DNA of 64,000 nt from an uncultured Gemmatimonadaceae bacterium (GCA_963751275.1 CAVVTZ010000002.1:1-64000); one strand, 5' to 3'. Numbered from the stretch's first letter, positions 26,796-39,899 are shown. Translations and numbers: made by a program. Notes: generated by a model from the letters alone, not told the origin.

Positions 26796-29700
26796 TCACC
26801 CTCGCTGCGCCAACGCCGGCTCGATCTCCACCGTCGCCTTCCTCTCCAGATTCCCCCACCCCACCACCCGTCCCTGCAGGGCAGCGACCAGCGAACGGAT
26901 GACGACGACGTACATGACTTGCCGGTACGCGAACCGTTGCAGCAGCACAAGCCACGTGAGCGAACGGTCTTCGTCGGGCTCGAGCAGGAAGGCGAAGATC
27001 GTCGCCGCCCAGTCCACCACGAGGAAGATCGCGTAGAACGTCAGCACGCGCTCCAGCGAGGAGATCGCGAACGTCGTGCCGTGCTCGGCACGCACCCAGT
27101 ACACCGACGCGATGCTCCACAGGAAGAGGAAGTCCGCGATCGGTGAGACGGCCGGATAGAACAGCTGGAAGATCAGCACGTTCGGCAGCGCCACCAAGCC
27201 GAGCGATCCGTACTGCTTCTTGAAGAACACATCGCGGTGCTTCCAGAGGCACTGCAGCGTGCCGAAGCTCCAGCGGAAGCGCTGGCGCGAGAGCATGCGC
27301 AACGTGTCGGGCGCCTCGGTCTAGCCGATCGCCTCGTCGGCGTAGGCGATCGCGTGGCCCGCGCGGCGGATCGACAGCGTGAGGTCCTGGTCCTCGGCGA
27401 GCGTGTCGTCGCTGAATCCGCCGGCCTCGAGCACGAGCGCCTCGCGCCACGCGCCCACCGCGCCGGGCACCACGGTGATGCAGTTGAGCAGCGAGAAGGC
27501 GCGGCGGTCGAGGTTCTGGCTGGTGACGTACTCGATCGCCTGCCAGCGCGTGATGATGTTGATCCGGTTGCCGACCTTGGCGTTCCCGGCCACCGCGCCC
27601 ACGTGGGATCGTGCAGCGGCTCGACGAGCTCGCCCACGGTGTTCGGGACGAAGATCGTGTCGGCGTCGAGACAGATCACGATCTCGCCGGTGGCCATGGT
27701 GAGGCCATGATTGAGTGCGCTCGCCTTGCCGCCGTTCGGCTTGCGGTAGATGCGCACGAGCGGGTGCGTGCCGAAGGCGGCCATCGCGCGGTCGTACGTC
27801 GCGTCGGGCGAGCCGTCGTCGACGACCACCACTTCGAGCGTCCCCGGGTAGTCCTGCGTCACGAGGCTCTCGATGGTCTTCACGATCACGGCCTCCTCGC
27901 GGAACGCCGGCACGATCACGCTGACGCTGGGCGCGTAGGTGACGGGCGCCTCGGGATCCTGGTGGCGGCGCGCATGCTGGATCACCGCGAGCGTCGTGAT
28001 GAAGAGCAAGCGCGCGACGCCGAGCGCGATCGCGATCATGAAGATCCAGTAGAGCGCCCACTCGATGAGCCCGAAGATGCCGAAGGCGGCGAGTTCGCCG
28101 ATGCGCGCGAGGAGCGTGTGCGACGGGAGCCCGGGCATCGCCTCGTCGCGCGTGAGGCCGAGGAGCTCCGAGACGGTGACGAGCGTGTCGCCCTCGGCGC
28201 GGAGGGAATCGATGAGCGGGCCCGAGCGCCGCGACCGTCTGGCTCCGGTCGCCGCCGCCGTCGTGCAGGAGGACCACGTTGCCGCGCGGGCGCTGCGCGA
28301 GCGTGGTGTCGATGATCACCTGCACGCCGGGCGAGCGCCAGTCTTCGCTGTCGAGATGCACGCCGACGGTGAGATAGCCGCGGTCGCTCGCGAGCGCGAC
28401 CGGGATCGAGTTCGTCGTCGGTGGTGGGCTCGGCGTCGCCGAAGTACGGCGGGCGGAAGAAGGCGGTGCGGCGGCTGAGCATCGCCTCGATGAGCCGTTC
28501 GGTGGCGTCGAGCTGCAGCTTGGTCTGCAGCGTGTTGGTGAAGAAGAGGTTCGGGTGCGTGAAGGTGTGATTGCCGATCTCGTGCCCTTCCGCCCACTCG
28601 CGGCGCAGCAGCGGGATGTGCGCCTCCACGTTCTGCCCGATCACGAAGAAGGTGGCGGGCGCGTTGCGCGACTTGAGCGTGTCGAGGATCGCGGCGGTCC
28701 AGCGGCCGTCGGGGCCGTCGTCGAAGGTGAGCGCGACGCGGTGCTCGAATGCCATTGCCGAACCGCTGGTACACGTACGGCGTCGCGTACGAGACGACCT
28801 TCTCGTTCACGACGAGGCGCGACGCAGAGTCGTACGCGATCTCGCGCCGCCCCTCGGTGGGGCGCGAGACGATCCGGAGGATCTCGCCCTTGCCGTCGCG
28901 CGGAAGCGCCTCGGGGTCGTATCCGGGCGGGATCACACCGAGTTCGGATGCGGGCGCATCGATCCCCTTCCGCCCGACCACGCGCCAGATCGCGGGATCC
29001 TCGGAGCCGAGCCGCCAGATCGCGTGGCCGGCGACGCCGAGCTGTTCGCCGGCGACGATCTGGTCGTAGGCGGTGATCGCGTCGAGGTACCACGCGACGT
29101 GGTCGGTGGAGTCCGTATCCGTCCAGCGCGCGTACGGATTGAGCGTGATCGGGTCGAAGTGGAACGACTTGATCGGCGCGTTGCGCATCGCCGACATCAT
29201 CTCCTGGAAGGTGAGCGTCTGCCCGTTGGAGAGCGAGTCGCCGTCGTTCCAGTCGTAGCCGTAGGCGCCCACCGCGAGGATCGCCTTGTCGGCGGGGATG
29301 AAGCGCAGCATGCGCTTCGCCTTCTCGACGTACCAGTTCTGGCTCGCGACCGGACCGGGGTCTCCCTTCCCGTAGTGCTCGTCGTAGAGCATGAGGAAGA
29401 CGTGGTCGTTCGCCTCGGCGTAGCGCTGGAGCTGATCGTCGGTGTCGTTGAAGGACACCGCCTGCGTGACGCGGCGGCCGCGCGGCGCGAGCGAGGCGGT
29501 GAGCGAGCGCGTGAAGGCGACGACGTCGCCGGTGAGCTCGGCCGGTACTTCCTCGAAGTCGATCGTGACACCGGCGAGACCATAGTGCGTCACCGAATCG
29601 GTGAGCTGGCCGATCGCGCGCTGGCGCGCGGCGCGGTCCACGAGCAGGTGGCGGAGCGAGGCCGGGTCCCAGCGGTGCGTGAGCTGGTCGTAGTTGCTGA

Positions 29701-30271
29701 CCATGAGGAACACGGAGGGCCGCTGCGCGGGGTCGGCGACCACCTGGTTGATCGTGTACTGCACGCGCCGGTCGATCTTCATGCGCAGGGAATCGCCGCC
29801 CGGTGCGACGAACGCCCATTCGCACACCACCCAATCGAGGTCGTCGGCGTGGTCGTGCAGCGAGGCGGTGGAGTTGTCGTCCCAGTTCACATAGAAGCCG
29901 GCGATGATCGGGTCGCCGGGCTTGCGCGGCGACTTGATCGGCGGGTGCTTCTCCACCGGCAACTGCGACGGCCGGAGGCTGGGCGGCGCATGCTGCCGCT
30001 CGAGCGCGAACCAGAGCTCGAGCTTCTTCTCCATCTGCGCGCGCTCCGCCTTGCTCGTGGCGATGCGCGGCGTGACGTTGAGCTTCACCGGGTTCGTGAC
30101 GAGCCGCGGGATGAGCGGCGGCACGAGCAGGCTGAGCACCACCATGCCGCCGGCGATCGACGAGACGATGCCGATGCCGAGGCCGGCCGCCCGCACACGG
30201 CGCCAGCGGCGGCCTGACTCATCGAGGAAGACCGGCGCGACCGGCCGGTGCGAGGGCGAGCGGGTACTCAC
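26796..30271 (-). CDS. GH18-like + polysaccharide deacetylase + GT2 fusion protein (several frameshifts, one in-frame TAG at 27321-27323)
   Basis: GFYVNWDD and GVTIDFE (GH18); VALTFDDGPD and HEIGNHTFTH (NodB); VVDDGS, NGGKASALN, LDAD, AEDQD and QRFRW (GT2). Confidence 0.85.
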
Positions 30272-30336
30272 GACGCTAAAAGATAGCGCCGCGCGCTCCA
30301 CCGTGCCGCGAGCGCCGGGTGGCGCGTCTCCACGGC

Positions 30337-30909
30337 ATGGCGGACAATGCGAACCGTCTCACCTGGCGGGACGATGCGATCGACTGGTGCCGCGGCCGCG
30401 ATTGGCGCTGGCGCGCGCCGCTCATGGCCTACCTGGCGTGGACGGCCGCGCAGGGACTCACGGACCCGATGCACTGGAGCTGGTGGAGCGGCATCACGCT
30501 CGGCGTGCACGAAGCGGGGCACATCATTTTCTCCCCGTTCGGCGAATTCCTGATGGTGGCGGGCGGGAGCATCACGCAGATCGCGGCGCCGCTCGCGGTG
30601 ATGTGGATGTTCCGGCGCCAGCGCGACTGGTACGGGGTGTGCGTGGGCGCGATCTGGCTCTCATCCAGCCTCGCGAATCTCGCGACCTACATCGGCGACG
30701 CCCGCGCGCAGGAACTCCCGCTGGTGGGTTTCACCGAGCAGCCCGAGCACGACTGGCACTATCTACTTTCGCACACCGGCCTGCTGAAGCAGGACACGCT
30801 GCTCGCGTCTTTGACTCGCCTGGCCGCCGCGCTCACACTCGCCGGCGCCGTCCTCGGCACGATCTGGTTGTGCAACCAGATGAGGCTTTCGCGGTTGCAG
30901 TCATCCTGA
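30337..30909 (+). CDS. membrane protein with HExxH (peptidase M50B-like)
   Basis: VHEAGH, AGGSITQ, YIGDARAQELPL, HDWHYLL. Confidence 0.75.
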   Translation: MADNANRLTWRDDAIDWCRGRDWRWRAPLMAYLAWTAAQGLTDPMHWSWWSGITLGVHEAGHIIFSPFGEFLMVAGGSITQIAAPLAVMWMFRRQRDWYGVCVGAIWLSSSLANLATYIGDARAQELPLVGFTEQPEHDWHYLLSHTGLLKQDTLLASLTRLAAALTLAGAVLGTIWLCNQMRLSRLQSS

Positions 30910-31010
30910 TCATCGGCTGTTATCCTGTAATCCTGTCAAAGTAGTAAGTAGTACTACGAACTACTTTGACAGGATTACAGGATAACAGCCGATGATCAGG
31001 ATGACTGCAA
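30895..31010. repeat. family A palindrome (CTTTGACAGGAT core, 9-nt periodic arms)
   Basis: Perfect 51-bp arms 30895-30945 / 30960-31010, 14-nt loop. Confidence 0.95.
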
Positions 31011-31040
31011 ACTGCTATTTGTTTGTGAGTAGAAAGTGGG

Positions 31041-33718
31041 TTAACGGGTCTCGATACCGGGGGCGATGGTCACCTTGAGCGTCTGCTTGGCCTTCGTCTT
31101 GCCGAAGGTCATCGTCACGGTGTAGTCGCCGCTCGGGAGGAATTTGTCGCCGCCTTCGCCGCCGTATTCGGTGAGCACATCGCTCGTAGGACGCAGGTTC
31201 CAGACGATGCGGCCGAAGCCGGGCGTACCCGGGGCCGAGAGGTTCGCGACGGTCGTACCCTCGGCGTTCGTAATGCTCACCTTCACGTTGTCACCCGTGT
31301 AGGCCTTCACATAATACTGGAGGATCGCACCCTCCGGCGGATTCGTGCCGCGGAACACCGAGTTGCCGTCACTGTCCACCCAGCCCGGCAACGGATAGCG
31401 GCCGAACGCCGGGCGCGGCGTGAAGAAATGCATCGCCTCGCTCGCGACGCCCGGCGTGAATTCCTCGATCGGCGTGAGATCATCCACGATGAACAGGCTG
31501 CGCCCGTGCGTGGCGATGATCAGGTCGCGGTCGCGCGGGTGGATCAGGATGTCATCCACCGCCACCGTGGGCAGCCCGGCGAACTTCTGCCAGTGCGCGC
31601 CGCGGTCCACGCTCAGCCAGAGCGCGAACTCCGTGCCCGCGAACAGGACGTTCGCGTTCTTGCTGCTCTCGCGGATCACCTGCACCGGCGCATCCGCCGG
31701 CAGGTTGGACGACGATGCTCTGCCACGTCTTCCCGCCATCGCCGGTGCGATAGAGGAACGTCCCGAAATTCCCGGTGCGGTGACCGTCCACCGCCATGTA
31801 CGCGACCATCGGATCGAAATTGCTCGCCTCGATGCGGCTGATCCACAGTCCCTTCACCGCCGCCGGCAGGGACGCGGTGAGATCGGTCCAGGTCGCGCCG
31901 TCGTCGTCGGTGCGCCAGAGCTTCCCGTCGTCGCTCCCCGCCCAGAGCACGCCCGCCTTCTTCGGCGATTCGGCGAACGCGAAGATCACGCCGTAGTCCT
32001 CGGCGCCGCTCCCCACCACCGTCATCTTGTCGTAGTCCTTCGTGGACAGGTCCTTGCTGATCGCCTGCCACTTCATCCCCCGCTCCGTGATCTTGAAGAT
32101 CCGGTTGCCCGCCAGGTACAGCGTGCCCGGCGCGTGCACGCTCTGCACGATGGGCGACACCCAGTGGTAGCGGAACGCGTTGCTCCCTTCGCTCGGCTCG
32201 GGCTGCAGGTCGCGCGTCTCGCCGTTGGTGAGGTTGATGCGGAAGATCGTGCCGCCCTGCGACTCGGCGTATACGATGTTCGGATCGGTCGCGTCGAAGG
32301 CGCAGTAGGCGCCGTCGCCGCCGCTGAGATTGAAGCCGGAACCGTTCGTGATGCCGTCCTTCGACCAGACCGCGCTCGGCGTGATCCAGTTCTCATTGTC
32401 CTGCAGGCCGCCGCAGATCCGGTATGGCGAACCCATGTCCACCTGCACGCGGTAGTACTCGCCCGCCGGCACGTTGCGCACGTGCTGCCACGACGCGGCG
32501 CCGTCGAAGCTCTGGTAGATCCCGCCGTCGGTGCCGAGGATGATGTGTTTCGAATTCCGCGGATCGATGCTGAGCGCGTGGTTGTCCGCGTGCACGTTCT
32601 TGAAGCGGTCCTCGCGCCAGGTCTTCCCGCCGTCCTCGCTCACGTGCACCATGAAACCGAGCACGTAGATGAGCTTGTCGTTCGCGGGATCGACGCGGAT
32701 CTGCGAGAAGTAGAACGGGCGCGGATTGAGCGCGCGACATGCGCGTCCAATGTTCGCCCGCGTCGTCGGAACGGAACACGCCGCCCGACTTGCTGAGCGG
32801 GCCGTCGATGTTCGTGGTGCCACCAAGGTCGGTCTGGACCTCGGCGTACACGATCTTCGGATCCTTGGCGTACACGGAGAGCGCGATGCGCTGCGTGCGC
32901 GTGGCAGCCCCTCGGTGAGCTTCTTCCAGGTGGCGCCGCCGTCCGTGCTCTTGAAGATGCCGCCGACGTCGGCGCCATCGGTGTAGTTCGCGCCGGAGAC
33001 GAAGCTCCATGGCCGGCGCAGCCGCGCGTAGAGCGCGGCGTAGAGGATGTTCGGGTTCGACGGATCGATCGCGATGTCGCCGCCGCCGGCCTTCGTGTCG
33101 TTCGGCTTCGGCGCGCCCAGCACCTTCGTCCAGGTGGCGCCGCCGTCGGTGGTCTTGTAGATCCCCCGCTCGGCGCTCTCGGCCCAGAGGTTCCCGGTCA
33201 CCGCCGCCCACGCCGTCTTGGGGTCCGTGGGGTGCACGATGATCCGCGCGATGCTCTTGCTGTCCTTCAGTCCCGCGAACGCCCACGTGCCGCCGCCGTC
33301 GGTGGAGCGGTAGACGCCGGCGCCCCAGCCCGTGGAATTGCGGTCGTTCGCTTCGCCGGTGGCGACGTAGACGACGTTGGAATCGGAGAGCGAGAGCGCG
33401 ATGTCGCCGATCGAGGCGGCCGGCTCCTTGTCGAAGACGGGCGAGAAGGTCTGCCCGTTGTCGGTGGTGCGCACGACGCCGCCGGTCGCGAGCCCCGCGT
33501 AGTACGTGTACGGATCATGCGGATCGAAGGCGAGCGCGGAGACGCGGCCGCCCATGATGCCGGGGCCGATGCTGCGCGCCTTGAGGCCATTGCCAAAGAT
33601 CAACGAGTCCGGCATCGCGGCGGTTGCCGTGGTCGCGGCGGCGGGCTTCGCGGCCTTCGCCTGCGCATACGAGGGCCGCGGGAATGACGAGCAGCGCGAG
33701 AACGAGCTTTCGGATCAT
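31041..33718 (-). CDS. BNR/VPS10-repeat glycosyl hydrolase-like secreted protein (frameshifted)
   Basis: RSIGPGIMGGRV, repeated S/TxDGGxTW Asp-boxes, GGLQDN, RDLIIATHGR. Confidence 0.85.
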
Positions 33719-33744
33719 GGAAGGATCTCGGAGAGAGGAAGGGG

Positions 33745-35122
33745 CTACAGCAGCGTGCCGTGCAGGATGATCAGTGCCACGGAGAAATAAATGATGAGCC
33801 CCGTGACGTCCACCAGCGTGGCGACGAACGGGCGCCGACGCGCTCGCGGGATCGAAGCCCAGCTTGCGCAGGATGAACGGGAGCATCGAGCCGGTGAGCG
33901 AGCCGAAGGTGACGACGCCCACGAGTGCGGTGCCGACGGTGACGGCGACGAGCAGCCAGTGCTCGCCGTAGTCGTACCAGCCGAGGCGCTGCCAGAGCAC
34001 GATGCGGATGAAGCCGATGACGCCGAGGATCGAGCCGAGCGCGATGCCCGAGGGCAGTTCGCGCATCGCGACGCGCCACCAGTCCCGTAGCGTGAGCTCG
34101 CGCAGCGCCATCGCGCGAATGATCAGCGATGTGGCCTGCGAACCGGAGTTGCCGCCCGAACTGATGATCAGCGGGATGAACAGCGCGAGCACCACCGCCT
34201 TGCTGATCTCCCCTTCGAAATAGCCCATGGCGGTGGCGGTGAGCATCTCGCCCAGGAAGAGCGCGGACAGCCAGCCGGCGCGCTTCTTGATCATCGCGAT
34301 GAAGCCGACCTGCGTGTACGGCTCGTCGAGGGCCTCGACACCTCCGAGCTGTTGGATGTCTTTGGTCTGCTCGCGGATCATCGCGTCGATCACGTCGTCC
34401 ACGGTGACGATCCCGATCACATGGTTCGTGTCGTCCACCACCGGCACGGCGAGCAGGTTGTACTTGGAGATCAGCCGCGCGACATCCTCGCGCGGCATGT
34501 CGGCGTTCACGGTGAGCGGCACGCCGGTGCCGCCGATCTTCCGCACGGCGGCGCTCGGATCCGCGAGCACCAGGTCGCGCAGCGACACGACGTGCACGAG
34601 CCGCTGGTCCGCCGGGTCGAGGACATAGACGGCGTACACGGTCTCCTTGCCGCGCGCGACCTCGCGGATCCGCTCGAGCGCGCGCTGCGCGGTCCAGTCC
34701 GCCGGCACCGCCATGAACTCGGTGGTCATCAGTCCGCCCGCGACGTCCGACGGATACTTGAGCAGCCCCACCAGCGCATCGCGCGTGGGCGCGTTGAGCG
34801 TCGTGAGCAGCCGGTCGCGCTCCGCCGGCTCCAGCTCGCGGAAGAGATCGGCCTGCTGGTCCGCCGCCATCGCTTCGATCACCGGCGCGGCGCGCGCGGC
34901 ATCGAGCCCCTTGAAGAGCACCGCCCGGCTCTCGAGCTCCGGTTCGTCGAAGACGCGAACGATCAGGTCGAAGGGGAGCGCGCAGAGCACCGCGGCCGCG
35001 GCCGGCGCGTCGAGCTGATTCAGCGCGTCCGCGACGTCGGCGCTACGCATGGTGGAGAGCGTCTGCGCGAACTCGGCCGAGTCGCCCGCGAGCAGGTAGA
35101 GCAGTTCGGGAGGTGCGCTCAT
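33745..35122 (-). CDS. mgtE: magnesium transporter MgtE (frameshift near 33830)
   Basis: YPSDVAGGLMTTEF, CBS pair, GIVTVDD, IISSGGNSGSQA, DPASASAP; LVDVTG in the shifted frame. Confidence 0.92.
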
Positions 35123-36351
35123 GTGGTCGCTCCGCGTGCGGGCCCGCGTTCGCCGCGCCATGCGGCGTAGGTCCAAATGATGCCGCCAATCAGGATCGCG
35201 ACGGGAATCAGCTGCGCTGCGACCGCAAGGTTCGTGCGGTCGCTCACTTTGCCTATGATCTCGGCGGCCGGCCCATCGCCGAATGTATGAATCGCGAATG
35301 TTGCGAGGGCCATCGCCGCGGCGCGCTGCATCGGAGGAACAACGCCGACGATGCGTGAGTTGATCGGGCCGGTGCTCATGAAGATCAATATTTCGGCCAC
35401 TAGCAGAGCGTACCAGTAGTTTTCGCCCGGGAGCGAGATGGCGAGCCAGACGAACGGAACCGCCAAGAGCGTCGCTGCGCCCGACACCCACAGATACGCC
35501 TCAGACCGCCAGCGCAGCAGTCGGTCGCCCAGCCAACCACCCAGGAGGGTGCCGCTGAAGCCCGCGATCACCGTGATGTAGCCGAGAAGATCACCCGCCT
35601 CCTTTACCGTCGCTTTGTGCTGACGATGGATGAAGCTCGCCATCCAGTTCGACATCCCGCCGACGGCAAAATTCTGGGCAATGAATCCGAGAATGATGAT
35701 GACCAACTGGCGATTCTTGAGCAGGACCAGATACGTGTCGAACCCCTGAGCAGCGCGCTCGTCACGGCGGGATGGTTCGGGCAAGAACAGAGCGAGAATC
35801 GCCAGTATGAGGCCCGGCGGACCGACGAGCAGGAAGGCGGTATGCCAGGTATACAGCTGCGCGATCAGGCCGCCCAATTTGAACGCGAGGGCCGCACCGA
35901 CCGGCATCGCCGCAAAGAAGATCGCGAACGCCCGCCCGCGAATCGCCTCCGGGAAATACGCGGCGATCAACGCCGGTCCCAGTGTTCCATAAGCGGCTTC
36001 GCCGATCCCGACGACGGCGCGTGACGCGATCAGAGACTCGTAGCTCATAGCGAGTCCACTCGCCACGGTGGCGATGCTCCACACGCCGACACCGAACGCG
36101 ATGAGCCTCGTGACCTTCGCGCGGTCGCCGATCGCGCCATAGATGGGCGTCGCCACCGTATATACGATCAGGAAGGCCGGAAAGAGCCAGCCGATCTGCG
36201 AATCGCTCAGCGAGAAGTCGGCCTTGATCTTCTCCTGCACGGCCGGGACCATGAAGCGGTCCATGTAATTGAACAGATTGATCAGCGTGAGCACGGCAAG
36301 CGCGATCCACGCGCTGCGCGGCGCCTTCGCTCCGGCCGCCTCCGCCGCCAT
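35119..36351 (-). CDS. MFS transporter (spinster-like)
   Basis: LINLFNYMDR, SRAVVGIGEAAY, GGWLGDRL. Confidence 0.9.
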   Translation of the reverse strand: MAAEAAGAKAPRSAWIALAVLTLINLFNYMDRFMVPAVQEKIKADFSLSDSQIGWLFPAFLIVYTVATPIYGAIGDRAKVTRLIAFGVGVWSIATVASGLAMSYESLIASRAVVGIGEAAYGTLGPALIAAYFPEAIRGRAFAIFFAAMPVGAALAFKLGGLIAQLYTWHTAFLLVGPPGLILAILALFLPEPSRRDERAAQGFDTYLVLLKNRQLVIIILGFIAQNFAVGGMSNWMASFIHRQHKATVKEAGDLLGYITVIAGFSGTLLGGWLGDRLLRWRSEAYLWVSGAATLLAVPFVWLAISLPGENYWYALLVAEILIFMSTGPINSRIVGVVPPMQRAAAMALATFAIHTFGDGPAAEIIGKVSDRTNLAVAAQLIPVAILIGGIIWTYAAWRGERGPARGATT

Positions 36352-36363
36352 CGTCACGCCGGC

Positions 36364-37485
36364 CTACTGCCCGTCCAGTGCGCGCTGCACCTCGCGATCG
36401 AACTGCACCGCCAGTCCCTCGCGCGGCGCATACGGGCTCGGGCCGTACACCTTGCTCGCGACGCCGAGCTGGCTCAGCTCGGAGACGTGCCAGTCCTGGC
36501 GGTTCACCTCGTCCCAGAATTTCACCGCGTCATCCGGATCGTACCGGCCGCTCGACAACGTGTCCGGATGGAAATGCCATTCGCACACGAGCTTCGTGCG
36601 CGTGGGCGAGACCGGCCATAGCGTGTGGAACAGTCCGTACTCGGGCAGCAGGCTGAATAGCAGGTTCGGGAAGATCGAGTAGTACCACGCCTGCTGCTTC
36701 GCGCCCGGCGGCGTGTCGGTGAGCGGCACACCGCACATGTTGCCGCTCACGGTGAGACTGCCGCCCGGCTTCGTGATCTCCATGAAACCGCCGAGGAACG
36801 GCCCGTCGAACAGATCGTTCTCGCCGCTGGTGGGGGGCGTGAGCTTCACGAGCTGCGGATGCACGCCGGTGCAGTGATAGCACTCGGAATAATTCTGGTG
36901 GATGAGCTTCCAGTTCGCCGCGATGTCATATTCGATCCGGCGGTGCAGCTTCAGCTCCGGCAGGCCGAATCGCGCGAAGCGGCCGAACATTGGCGCGAAC
37001 GCCTCGGCGAACGGCTCCGGCGTCTTCGCGAGATTGATGAAGACGAATCCCTCCCACTCGGCAACGGCCGCGGCGTGCAGCGGATAGTCCTTCTTGTCGA
37101 AATCCTCCAGTCCGCCCATGTGCGGCGCCGAACGGCACTGGCCATCGAGCGTGTAGCTCCATGCGTGGTACGGGCAGGTGATCGCGCCGCCGAAGTTCCC
37201 GCGCGCCTCTTCGCACATCCGCGTGCCGCGATGACGGCACACGTTGTAGAACGCGCGCAGCGCGCCGGACTCATCGCGCGTGACGATGATGCTCTCGGCG
37301 CCCACCTCGCGCGTGAGGAAATCGCCGGGCATCGCGAGCTCGGCCACGCGGCCGGCGCAGATCCAGCGGCGCTGGAAGATCGCGTCCATCTCGCGCGCGA
37401 AGATGTCGGGCGACGTGTAATTGCGCCCCGGCATCGTCCGCGCGCCGTGGGTGCCGAGCTCGTTCGCTTTGAGGAACGTGGCCAT
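36364..37485 (-). CDS. Rieske non-heme iron oxygenase alpha subunit (GbcA/choline monooxygenase-like)
   Basis: CRHRG..CPYHAW Rieske motif; ANWKLIHQNYSECYHC..HP; VNRQD. Confidence 0.9.
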   Translation of the reverse strand: MATFLKANELGTHGARTMPGRNYTSPDIFAREMDAIFQRRWICAGRVAELAMPGDFLTREVGAESIIVTRDESGALRAFYNVCRHRGTRMCEEARGNFGGAITCPYHAWSYTLDGQCRSAPHMGGLEDFDKKDYPLHAAAVAEWEGFVFINLAKTPEPFAEAFAPMFGRFARFGLPELKLHRRIEYDIAANWKLIHQNYSECYHCTGVHPQLVKLTPPTSGENDLFDGPFLGGFMEITKPGGSLTVSGNMCGVPLTDTPPGAKQQAWYYSIFPNLLFSLLPEYGLFHTLWPVSPTRTKLVCEWHFHPDTLSSGRYDPDDAVKFWDEVNRQDWHVSELSQLGVASKVYGPSPYAPREGLAVQFDREVQRALDGQ

Positions 37486-37577
37486 GCTGATCTCCGGGAG
37501 GTATCCGTGCCCGCCCTAATCTGAACTGCGGATGGCGGTTGGGAAAGCCGGACAGATATGGATCGGGTGACGCCGGA

Positions 37578-37697
37578 GCAGTCATCCGGCAGTTGTCCTG
37601 ACAATCCCGATAATCCTGTCAAAGTAGTTTGTGGTAGTTAGCACGAACTGCTTTGACAGGATTATCGGGATTATCAGGACAATTACAGGATGACTGC
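37578..37697. repeat. family A palindrome (imperfect)
   Basis: GCAGTCATCC...AATCCTGTCAAAG / CTTTGACAGGATT...GGATGACTGC. Confidence 0.9.
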
Positions 37698-37767
37698 CGC
37701 GACGGTGGAGAGCACAGCGGATGAGAGAGATCCGATCTTCTTGGGAACGGCAACTGCTTCCTTCCCG

Positions 37768-39841
37768 TCAGTGATTGATCCCTACGGTGAGGCCGGCGTA
37801 GTAGATCCGCTGCGGGGCGGGTTCGTAGTATTGGCCGCCGGTCGCGTTCACGGCGACTGAACCGACGTAGCGAGTGCCGAACACGTTGCTGACGCCGAGC
37901 ACCGGCTGCAGCCAGGGGCGGCCGAAGAGGGCGGTGCCGCCGGCGCGGAGATTCATCACCACATAGCCGGGCGCGGATGCGGTGTTCGCATCGTTCGCCC
38001 ACACGGAACTCTTGGCGACGACTTCGGCCGTGCCGAAGAGCGTGCGCCAATGGTACGTCCCCTGCACCTGCACCACGTTCTCCGGCACGCCCGGCACGGT
38101 GTTGCCGTTGTAGCGATTCGTGTCCACGATGAATTCCACGAACTGGAATCGCGAAAGGCTGTACGCGAATCCCAGCTCCACAGGGCCGAGATCCGTGTTG
38201 ACGCCGAACTCGACGCCCACGCGGCGCGTCTGGCCGGCGTTGCGGTAATAGACGCGGCCGCCGCCGCCGGTGACCTGGTACGGGATGAGCTCCTGCTGCA
38301 CCTCGGTGTCGAAGAGCGCGAGATCATACGACCAGCGCGCGTCGAGGATGCCCTTCGCACCGATCTCGAAATTCCACGAGCGCTGGGGCTTGAGGTCGGG
38401 ATTGATGCCGGCGCTCCCATCGGGATGGTTCGCGAGCTCCGTCGTGGTGGGGGTCTCGAAGCCGGCGGCGATGTTCGCGTAGAGCGAATGCAGCGGCGTG
38501 AGCCGGTCGACGAACCCGAACATCGGACTGACGGCGCTCATCGTCGTGTGGCCGGAATTGTCCCCGTCGGAGAGGAACTGGTCCTCGACCGTGAACTTGG
38601 TCCAGTCGCCGCGCACGCCGAGCGTGAAGGTGTAACCGGGCGCGACCTCGAGTTCATCGCGCACGTACGGCCCGGCGGTGGACACGATCTCCGTCTGGTC
38701 GAGCGTGAGCGTGCCCTTGGTCTCCGGCAACACCGGACACGCGGCGGTGGGAGCGGTCACGCCGTTGCAGTTGTTCCAGTTCTGCCGGTCATCGTTCTGC
38801 AGCGACGCATCGATGCCCGCGGTGAAGCGGTTGAGCATCGAGCCAATATGCCCGGGCCACAGGCCGCGGAACGAGCCGCCGTACGAATAGCGGTCCACGT
38901 TCACCACCGCGTACGTGAGCGGATTGTACAGATCGCGCGTGCCGCCGTAGAGCTGCGCGGAGATCACGCCATCCCCATCGAGGGCGCGCTGCGCCGAGAC
39001 GCCGGCCTGGATCTGGTGCACGGTCTTGGACGCGTCCTTGAGCACGGACCGCGGATCCGCCATGCGCGGATTGGAATCGAGCTCCGCCTTCGTGAGCGCG
39101 CCGGGATTGAGCGCGCTGGGCATGTCGAGCCCCATGAGCTGCACGCCGAGATCCCATTTGCCTGACGCCAGCGTGGCGTGCCCATAGCCGTTCGTGAGTT
39201 GCACGCTGGAGTGCTCGCGATAGCCGTCGCTGCTCGTGTAGCCGTAATTCGCTTCGTAGCCGCCGGCATCGTAGCTGCCGCCGACCACGCCGGCGATGCG
39301 CTCGGAATTGTAGCCGGCGAACGACGTGCGCAGCTGGCCGGCGACCGGATCCACCGGCGGCGGCGCCGATCGGAAATCGATCACGCCGCCGGACGCGTTC
39401 CCATAGAGCGAAGCTGGCGGCCCCGCGCATCGCTTCGACGCGCCCGATGTCCTCGAGGTCGAGATAGTCGATGGGCGTCTGCCCGTCGGGCAGCGTGAGG
39501 GGCATCCCGTCGCGAAGGATGCGAATACCGCGCACGCCGAACGACGACCGCGCGCCCACGCCGCGGATCGAGATGCGCGGATCCTGCGACGGGTTCGTGC
39601 GGTCCGAGACGACGACGCCATTGAGCGCGAGCGCGGTCTCGCTGAGCTGCACATGCCGCTGGCCGGGACGCTGACTGTCGGGCTGCTGCGTGCTCACTGC
39701 GTACGGCAACTCGAGGGACGACCGTCCTTCGTCGCGTCCCACTGTCACTATCGGTGCGAGCTTATGCACCCCGCTCGAGTCTTGTGCCCCTGCGAGTGCG
39801 GGGACGACGAGCGCGGCGATCATCGCGAAGGCACGAACCAT
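37768..39841 (-). CDS. TonB-dependent receptor (YncD-like; frameshift near 39410)
   Basis: Plug ISIRGVGARSSFGVRGIRILRDGMPLTLPDGQT; barrel FETPTTTEL, LKPQRSWNFEIG; C-terminal YYEPAPQRIYYAGL. Confidence 0.88.
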
Positions 39842-39899
39842 GGGGGGCGAATCTACTGCAACGGCGCGGGGCGCGGGGCTCGGGATGCGCCCCGCGCCG

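Noticed and set aside
27321..27323. Amber (TAG) recoding in the GT2 domain
   Set aside because: It is a single base away from TGG or TAC in AIG*TEAP; TAG is used as a normal stop in nearby genes and the same gene has several indels.
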